From NCBI GenBank assembly GCA_038227875.1, contig JBBRPR010000025.1, positions 1 through 64,000 of the forward strand: 64,000 nucleotides of DNA, in the 5' to 3' direction. This document shows positions 1 to 7,700 of this stretch, in pieces. Position numbers and translations under genes: made by a program. A model generated the notes under the pieces. That model was given only the letters and a program-made list of their open reading frames with translations, searched no databases and was not told where the DNA came from. This DNA comes from Planctomycetota bacterium. GTDB lineage: Bacteria; Planctomycetota; SZUA-567; H5-PLA8. How positions within the stretch are numbered: position 1 is the first letter of the stretch; the number at the start of each line of letters is the position of its first letter.

Positions 1-100
1 CGCTCATTCCTGCTCAAACACGCTCATTTTGAATCATTCCTGCTCATTCGCGCTCATTTGCTATCATTCGCTCTCATTCCTGCTCAAATTAGCTCATCCA
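1..100. repeat. Degenerate 10-bp-period tandem repeat (core GCTCATT), ~10 units, truncated by the window edge
   Basis: cgctcattcc/tgctcaaaca/cgctcatttt/gaatcattcc/tgctcattcg/cgctcatttg/ctatcattcg/ctctcattcc/tgctcaaatt/agctcatcca; TCA at the same phase in every unit. Confidence 0.8.
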
Positions 101-441
101 CCAGATTTCCCTTGATTTTCAGTGTCGAGAGTTGCTTTATATAAGGACACTTTCCACACGACGAAGCTTCATCGCGCGTCCCCGGCCAACAGAACCGAAA
201 ACTGCCCCATGCGAACTGAAAAGCAAAATTCTCATAACTCCTCAACCGCATAAATATGTAGAGGAAATCCACAAACCCGCACTACCGCCCAAACGCCCAG
301 TCCTTTATCAGCTGCAACCTCAAGTCTTATCCGCCAGGAGCCCTCAACATGAACACCCCGCCCTCGGGAGTTCCCACGCCCCGCGCCTTCTTGCGCCCAT
401 TCACAAGTCAGGTTGCAACCTGTCTCGCCGCGGAGACGGGT

Positions 442-486
442 GCCTGCCCTGAGCATGTCGAATGGGCCTGCCCTGAGCATGTCGAA
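442..486. repeat. Tandem duplication of GCCTGCCCTGAGCATGTCGAA (REP-like)
   Basis: Identical 21-mers at 442-462 and 466-486 (24-bp period). Confidence 0.8.
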
Positions 487-531
487 CGGGCGAGAGACGC
501 GCCGCGTTTGCAATTTGGCCCGCAGTTGTGT

Positions 532-810
532 GCCACTGGTGGCTGGCCGTTAAGCCACCAGTGCCGACCTCGCAAACAAACCCCGCCCGTCCGAGTCGCC
601 ACCGATCGCGCGAAGCGCCTGCGGCCTGAAAGGCCGCTCGTCAACAGCCGAGGGCGGCAGCCCTCGGTCCGCCCCACTCGGATCCCCGCGCCCTGGAAGG
701 GCGCCCGATTCCCGCGCAACCGTCGCAACGCGTGGCACGCACCACCCAAACAGGCCTCACCACGCAGGGAGAGTCCCACCCCCGCCGTTCCTTTGCGTCT
801 TTGCGTGAGA
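532..810. repeat. Cluster of REP-like short palindromes in a non-coding region
   Basis: cactggtggc...gccaccagtg, ggcctgaaaggcc, ccgagggcggcagccctcgg, gccctggaagggc, ctttgcgtctttgcgt; no credible ORF. Confidence 0.55.
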
Positions 811-887
811 TGAAAACCCCAGCCCTCATCCCTGTCGCATTTTGTCGCGTTTTGGAACATCGCCCTATGAAAAACCCTGGCAACCGC

Positions 888-2393
888 TCACACCAGTGCC
901 TCCTGCCCGGCGCGCGCCGCGTCGAGCTTCAACAGCGGCACGCCCTCCACCTCCAGCTGGCGGCGCAGCGCGGCGATCTCAACCGCGCGGACGGCGCCGT
1001 CATGCTTCGCGTTGGCCTGAGCCGCGGCGATGCCGGCGGCGTGGCCGAAAGACATCGCATTGATCATCACGCGCAGCGCGCCGGCCGCTTCGTGCGACGC
1101 GGAGGCGCAGCGGCCCGCCACCAGGACGTTGCGCAGGCCCTTGGGGATCAGCGCGCGGTACGGGACGGAATAGCACGGCGTCGTGCGCAGCGGACTGCCG
1201 TCGGGCTGGCCGTCCCAGCGGCGGTCGACGTGGCTGCCGTCGCCGGCGACCGTCCGTTCCTTTCCGTCGAGGTGGCGGAAGATGATCCCGGGACCATCCG
1301 GATTGTGGATGTCGACCGGATAGACGCCCTGCGCGATCGTGTCGTGAAATTGGACGCCTTCGAGCAGCTCCATCTCCTGAACTTCGTACTCGCCCTGCAC
1401 CCGCCGCGTTTCGCGCACGCCAATCTGCGCGCCGATGTCGACGAGGTAACTCTTCTCATACCCGGCGAAGCCACGCAGATGGCCCAGCACCCAGCGCATC
1501 TGGTAGCGAGCCTCAATCTCCGCGCGCGTGAAGTCGTCGGTCTTCGAACAGACCACGCCCGGCACGCGCGTACCGGCGAACATCTGCTCGTCCTTCGTCC
1601 AGACGCTCGTCGCGCCCCACAAAAACGTCGGGTACTTTCCGCCGTTGTAGTCCATGACGTGCTGAAAGAGTTCGCGCTGGATCGAACCCATGCCCACGCC
1701 CGCCGCGTGCGCTTTTTCCGTGTCGATGCCACCGACGCGGAAGCAGAGCGTCGGGGGCTGGCACTTGCCGTCAACGCCGCCGGTGTGGGTGGGCGCCCCG
1801 GCGCGCGCGCAAAGATCCGCGTCGCCCGTTGCGTCGATGAACACCTTGGCGCGAATCGCCCCGCGCCCGGATTTGCTCTCGATGATCGCGGCTTGCATCT
1901 CGCCGCTCTCGTTGCAGACCGCATGAGCAAGCCACGCGTGGAGCATCACGCGCACGCCGCTGCCCAGCACCATGTCATCGAAGGCCAGCTTCGCCGACTC
2001 GGTGCAGATCGTGTAACAGCCCCGCCCGTCCGGCGCGTGGTTGCGCACGGCGCTCATCTTCTCCAGGCGCAGCAGCACCTCCTCAGCCAACCCGCCGATG
2101 ACTTTCACGCTGTGATCCGGCGACCAGAGCTGATGCCAGATGTTGACGTTCGCCGCGCAGGCCATGCCACCGAAGTAGCCATGCCGTTCGACGATGATCG
2201 TGCGTGCCCCGTTCCGCGCCGCCGCGGCCGCCGCCATCACGCCCGCCGGTCCGCCGCCGAAGACCGCGACATCGCATTCGGCAAGGACCGGAATCTCGCG
2301 CGCCGGTTCGAAGACCACCGAGCGGCTCGACGGCGGAATCGGCAGGAACGGCGGCAGCGGACGGGGTGCGGGCTGAGTGTTGGGGGTCTGCAT
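888..2393 (-). CDS. FAD-dependent oxidoreductase (FAD_oxidored family)
   Basis: DVAVFGGGPAG FAD motif, FIDATGDADL, GVRETRR, YSVPYRALIP...NVLVAGRC. Confidence 0.88.
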   Translation of the reverse strand: MQTPNTQPAPRPLPPFLPIPPSSRSVVFEPAREIPVLAECDVAVFGGGPAGVMAAAAAARNGARTIIVERHGYFGGMACAANVNIWHQLWSPDHSVKVIGGLAEEVLLRLEKMSAVRNHAPDGRGCYTICTESAKLAFDDMVLGSGVRVMLHAWLAHAVCNESGEMQAAIIESKSGRGAIRAKVFIDATGDADLCARAGAPTHTGGVDGKCQPPTLCFRVGGIDTEKAHAAGVGMGSIQRELFQHVMDYNGGKYPTFLWGATSVWTKDEQMFAGTRVPGVVCSKTDDFTRAEIEARYQMRWVLGHLRGFAGYEKSYLVDIGAQIGVRETRRVQGEYEVQEMELLEGVQFHDTIAQGVYPVDIHNPDGPGIIFRHLDGKERTVAGDGSHVDRRWDGQPDGSPLRTTPCYSVPYRALIPKGLRNVLVAGRCASASHEAAGALRVMINAMSFGHAAGIAAAQANAKHDGAVRAVEIAALRRQLEVEGVPLLKLDAARAGQEALV

Positions 2394-2485
2394 GAAGGGT
2401 TCTCCTCAAGGTTTCGCGGCATGGATCAGACACACGCACGATACCCGCTCGAAGAGGAGTCCTTCAATAGAGGAGGTCAATGATC

Positions 2486-3310
2486 TTATGGACTAAATGC
2501 ACGATCCTTAACCGGGCTGCGCTTCCAATACGCCGCGTACGCCCGCGAGAAGAACAGTGGATCGCGGCAGCCGACCGAACGCGCGATCTCCTTCACCGGA
2601 AGCACCGTCTCGCGCAGCAACGCCCGCGCGGCACGCATCCGCAAGGCAGTGAGATAATGTTGAGCGCTGCACCCGAAGTGGCGCCGGAAGAGGAGTCGGA
2701 AATGATTGGGACTCAAGTCGATCTGCCGCTGCATCTGAGCCAGCGCATCGAACTCCTGAAAATGCGCGCCGAGCCACGCGCTCGCATCGATCACTGCCCG
2801 TTCGCCGGACGACCGCCGCGCCGGTCCGTTCACCTGCTCTCCCCGCGTATCCGCACGCGCCAGAAACCGGGCGAGCAGCGCTTTGAACTCGCCCTCCGCC
2901 TGCAGCGCCGCAAGCGGACTGCCCAGCGCACACAATTGCGCCAGCCGGCGCAGGCTGGCCTGCTCCAGCGACAGACTGCACTCCGAAGCGAGAAAATGCG
3001 ACTGCCCCGTGAGCGCCGCCGACGCCTCAAACTCCGCCCACCAGAGCGTGAACCCCTTAGGGCCGCGCACCGACCAGTTCCGGCGCGTGCGCGGGAGAAT
3101 CAGCAGCATGTCGCCGCGCTGAAACCGGAACGCCGCGCCTTCAATCGCGTACTGCGCCGAACCGCCGCACGCCAGCAACAGCCGCGCGGTGGGCACGATG
3201 GTGTCGGCGATCGCCTCGCCGGACTTGAATATGCGGCGATGAACATGCGCCAGGTCGATGCGCCCACGGAGCAGTTTCTCAAGAAGCGCGGCGGCGGAAG
3301 ACATGCGCAC
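2486..3310 (-). CDS. AraC-family transcriptional regulator
   Basis: C-terminal LSPNHFRLLFRRHFG...VKEIARSVGCRDPLFFSRAY double HTH; cupin-like N-terminus. Confidence 0.88.
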   Translation of the reverse strand: MRMSSAAALLEKLLRGRIDLAHVHRRIFKSGEAIADTIVPTARLLLACGGSAQYAIEGAAFRFQRGDMLLILPRTRRNWSVRGPKGFTLWWAEFEASAALTGQSHFLASECSLSLEQASLRRLAQLCALGSPLAALQAEGEFKALLARFLARADTRGEQVNGPARRSSGERAVIDASAWLGAHFQEFDALAQMQRQIDLSPNHFRLLFRRHFGCSAQHYLTALRMRAARALLRETVLPVKEIARSVGCRDPLFFSRAYAAYWKRSPVKDRAFSP

Positions 3311-3432
3311 AATCTAACGTCTTCGCGGGAGCGCCGCAGTCAAAAACACCATGCAATTGACCATCGGCGCCATTCCCAACGATCCGCACATGGCATACGT
3401 TAATAGTTTAATCTCACCCGAGGACTGCCTAA

Positions 3433-4731
3433 ATGAACGTGACCGTGATCGGCGAGCGCATTCACGATTTGGAACTTTCTCCCGAGCAGCGCGGCGAGGG
3501 CGGCAGCGGTTGGGTGCGCCGCCTGCGGCACCTTCTCGCGCTTCACGGAAGCGAACAGCAGTTCTCTGTCGTCGATGCCACTGAACCCAACAACACCGCG
3601 CATAATCTACGCGAGCGCTGGACCGATGATGTACTGTTGCCGAAGCCCGACGTGGCGCTGATCAGCATCGGCCTCTCCGACGCCTGGGGCACGGAGCTCA
3701 AGAACAATCAGTACGCCAAGAATCCCGCCGGTGTCGTCGCGATTCTCGAAGACCTCTTCGCGCGCTGCAAAAGCCGCTCGCCAAATACGCGGCTCATCCT
3801 CGTCGAGCCCCAATTGAACTGCATTGACGCCTCGCCGCTGCGCACGGGCCCGGTCTCGGAGAATTTGAAAGCGTACGCCGTGGCCTTCCGCGATCTGGCC
3901 GGCAAGCACGGCCTGACGCTCATTCCCGCCGGCGAACTCATCCGCGCCGCCAAGCATGCGCGCAACGACGACGAGTGGCTCGGCACGGATCCGACGGGCC
4001 TCGACACCTGCGGCAGCCTGCTCCTGGCCGACGCGGCGTACCGCGCGATCACCGGCGCGTCCCCCGCGCCCGCGACGGCCCTGGAACACGGGCAGATGCT
4101 GCTGCTGATCGGCGACAGCATCACCGACGCGGGCCGCCGCGGCACACCTTCCAACATGGGCACGGGCTACGCGCGCGTCTTTCAAGGTCTGCAAGCCGCG
4201 CGCGAACCGAACAAGATTGTGCGCATGATCAACAAGGGCATCGGCGGCGACACGGTTCTTGATATCGAAAGCCGCTGGGAACGCGACGTCACGCCGCACA
4301 ACCCCGACTGGCTGCTGCTCTACACCGGCATCAACGACATGAACACGATCTACGGCAGCCGTCCCGTCCAGGTTCTGCCCGATGTCTACCGCGAAGGCCT
4401 GCGCCGCTGCCTGTCGCGCGTGAAGACCACCTCGCCCAAAGTGAAGCTGGTGATCCTCGCGCCGTACCTTCTGACGCGAGACGACCATCCCGAATCGTAC
4501 CGCCATGAGATGATCCGCCGCATGCCCGACTACGCCCGCGCCGCCGCTACCGTCGCCCACGAATTCGACGCGCGCTTCGTCGATCTCCAAACCGCGCTCC
4601 GCCCGTATGTGGATCGCCTCGGTCATCGCGCGCTGGGCAGCAACCTCGGCGTCGACATCTGCCACCCCGGAGAACTCGGCTGCCTGGCGATTGCGGAGCT
4701 GGTGTATGGAGCGTTCGCGGCTCCACGTTGA
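3433..4731 (+). CDS. Tandem SGNH/GDSL hydrolase-domain protein
   Basis: Second domain has GDSITD, NKGIGGD, GIND and DICHP; first domain is homologous but degenerate. Confidence 0.82.
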   Translation: MNVTVIGERIHDLELSPEQRGEGGSGWVRRLRHLLALHGSEQQFSVVDATEPNNTAHNLRERWTDDVLLPKPDVALISIGLSDAWGTELKNNQYAKNPAGVVAILEDLFARCKSRSPNTRLILVEPQLNCIDASPLRTGPVSENLKAYAVAFRDLAGKHGLTLIPAGELIRAAKHARNDDEWLGTDPTGLDTCGSLLLADAAYRAITGASPAPATALEHGQMLLLIGDSITDAGRRGTPSNMGTGYARVFQGLQAAREPNKIVRMINKGIGGDTVLDIESRWERDVTPHNPDWLLLYTGINDMNTIYGSRPVQVLPDVYREGLRRCLSRVKTTSPKVKLVILAPYLLTRDDHPESYRHEMIRRMPDYARAAATVAHEFDARFVDLQTALRPYVDRLGHRALGSNLGVDICHPGELGCLAIAELVYGAFAAPR

Positions 4732-4736
4732 AACAA

Positions 4737-4766
4737 AACCGGCCGCCCACATTCGGGCGGCCGGTT
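4737..4766. terminator. GC-rich hairpin between convergent genes
   Basis: aaccggccgccc-acattc-gggcggccggtt between the stops at 4731 and 4790. Confidence 0.65.
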
Positions 4767-4789
4767 CTTATGGAAAGTCGTGTGCTCGA

Positions 4790-7700
4790 TTATTTGAACG
4801 ACGTCGTGGTCCCCTTGGTCGAGAACGCCGGCGTCGCCACGAAGGTCGTGGTATTCACCGTCAGGTTCACCGTCTTCGATCCCGTCGTTGGCAACGGCGT
4901 TCCAAATAGCGCACTCGCGTCACCCTTCAAGACGAAATCCAGGTTCTGCCCGTTGGTTTTTAGCGTTCCGGAGCTGCTATGATTCGACTTCTTCGCCACT
5001 ACATTCGCGAACGACGCGGAGAAGGTGTTGATCTTGACCGTGACCACCGAACCGACCGCCGTTCCCGCCGGCAGCGCCACCGAGAGCTTGAACGTGGCCT
5101 TGCCCGTCTTGCTGAACTTCCCGTTGAACGCCGTGGTGTTGATCGCCGGAGGAACGGCCGCCGCAATCACCACCTGCATCGTCACTGGCGTGCCGGCGAT
5201 ACCCTGCGAATTGTACGGCGTCATCGTTACGGTGTAGGTGCCGGCCGACGCATATGTGTGATTCGGCGTGACGCCGAAGCCCTGCGTGCCGTCGCCGAAG
5301 TCCCAGACGTAGAACACCGAATTCGGACTCGAAGTCCCCGCGCTGAACTGTACGGTGCTGCCCGTCAGGATCGTGCCGGTGGTCATCACCGTGGCGTTGC
5401 CGGTCGGCGCAGTGGGCGAGGGCAGGATCGTCACGGTGACCGTCGCGACGTTCGATGTGCCGTTCGCATCGCTGGCCTTGAACGTAAACGTATCTGTAGT
5501 GCTGGCCGCAACCTCGGCGGTTGCCGTATAGGTGAACGCACCCGTCGACGTGTTGGTGACCGTTGCCGTACCCTTCGCCCCATTGGCGACGATGGCGAAG
5601 GTCAGGGCTTCGCCATCGGGATCCATGGCGTTGAGTGTGCCGGTCGTCGCCGTCGTGCCCGTCACCGTCAGATTGCCATTGAACGCGATCGGCACCGGAT
5701 TGGCCGTTACCGTGACGCTCAGGTTAGCCGTGGCAGCCCCGATCGCCAGGTTGCTGCCGTCCAAGTCAGTCGCAGTTACCGTCAGCGGAATGTTGCCGGC
5801 CACCGAGGAGGTGAGCTTCAGTCCCGGCAACTGCGCCGACGTCAGGTTCCAGACGCCGCCGCCAGCGTTCGTGCCCGCCGAGAGCGTCGACGTAGCCGGC
5901 ACGCCGGAGATCGTGACGTTCACGGTCTGCGGGAAGCTGCTCGCCAGAGTCGGCGTGATCGTCAGCGGAATCGCGGAGCCCGCATTGCCGGAACCACCCG
6001 ATGCCGCGAGGGAAATCGCGCTGACATTGGCATCCACCTGGAAGCTCAAGATCTGCCGTTCCGGTCCTGTAACCGACGGTTCGCGGAAGGGCGGAACGTT
6101 ATTGGGAGCTTGAGAGGCCACGCCGTTACCAAAGTAGGCGTTGATTCCGAACGTGCTCACGGTCAAGGTTTTTCCATCAGAGCTGATATCCAGCGTCGCA
6201 TAGTTAAACGTGTCGGGCGAATAGAAGTCGATCGGCTGGCGCAGCGTATCGGAGTTCGGATCGTTTTCACGGACGACGTCATGCAGTCCGGGATACGCCG
6301 GATCCAGTCCGATGGGATTGACGCCCGCAGCTTTCTGCTGATTCGCAAACAGATCGGCAATGGCTTTCAGACTTCCCAAACTGTGATCGGTGACGACCAT
6401 TTCCGGGCCGCTGGCGCCAATCGGACCGGCGACCACCGAGAAGCAACTCGGCACGTACGCGTACGCGGTCGGTGCGTTGACGGGGTCCGGAACATACAGG
6501 ATTTCGTTGACGCGATTCTGATGGTCGTCGGTCGCCAGAAAGACCACGTTGGTGATCTTGTTATCGGCGATGAATTTCAGGAGCGCGTTACGTTCGGCTC
6601 GGTAACCGCCCATCCAGGATTTGGCACTGTCCGTCGCGCCGTTGGCGAGTGCTCCGCCGATCGGACCTTGTTGATCGATGGGATCGGAGACGGTGACGAT
6701 CTTCCACGGCGTTCCGGAAGTTTGTGCATTCAGCAGCGCCTGTTCCAGCCATGCCAGTTGCGTCGCTCCCAGGCGCGTGCGCAGCGGATTGTCGGCGCGG
6801 GCCGTGGTGACATTCATACGAATATCCGCATACGACCGATCATCGGTGTTGACGAAGAGCAGATTCTTGCCCCACTGCTGCGCGTTGTACATCTGCTGCG
6901 TTCCATTCGAGCGGGGATCGCCGGGCGCGTTGATGATGTGTTCGCGGATGGGTTCGTAGTTGCGGAAGGCTTGCTGGCAGGCGATGAACCCCGCGGTCTT
7001 GTTGGCGTAGTTGCCCGTCGTATTGGCATCGTACGTGGTGTTCGACGGCGCATACGCCACGCCGGGATTATCAGGCGTAAACTGCGGTGCACCGCCGCAC
7101 TGGTACTGTCCAGTGCCGACATTGCTGCAGAGTTCATGGTTGTCCAGCAGCGTGTAATTGGCTTGAGCGGCGAAGAAATTCTTGAGGCCCGCGTTGCCAT
7201 TGGTGGTCACCGCCGTGATATTTTCGCGGTACTTGCGGCGCAAATCGGCCAGCGTCTGTGCAGAATTGACTTCCGGAGCCGTCACCACACCCGACGCTGG
7301 CGCAGTGCCCGAGGCGGGCGTATTCGCATTTTCGTACATCGTATCGCCGCAGAATTCGAAAAAGTCCAGTTGCTGCGCAGCGATGTTCGCGACCAGCGGG
7401 AACGGCCGCCACTTGCCGTCCGCGTCGCCGCTGAAGGCGAAGTGCACCGCAGCCTTCACGTTCGCTGCGTACGCCGTCTTGAATGTTCCAACCGTGCTGA
7501 GTTCGCCGTTGGGACCGACGAAGCGGTAAAAGTAGCGCGCTCCGGATGTCAATCCCGTCGGGTTGATCTTCACCGTGTTGTCCTGGATTGGATCAGTCGT
7601 TCCGATGGCCGTGGTAAACGTGACGAAATTCGGATCTTTCGAAAGCTGTGCGGTCAGGAGCACCGAGCCTGCTTCCTGAATGCGGGTCCACAGAATCACA

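Noticed and set aside
84..883. Short ORFs in the first 900 bp
   Set aside because: Low-complexity translations of repeat and palindrome DNA with no recognisable domain.
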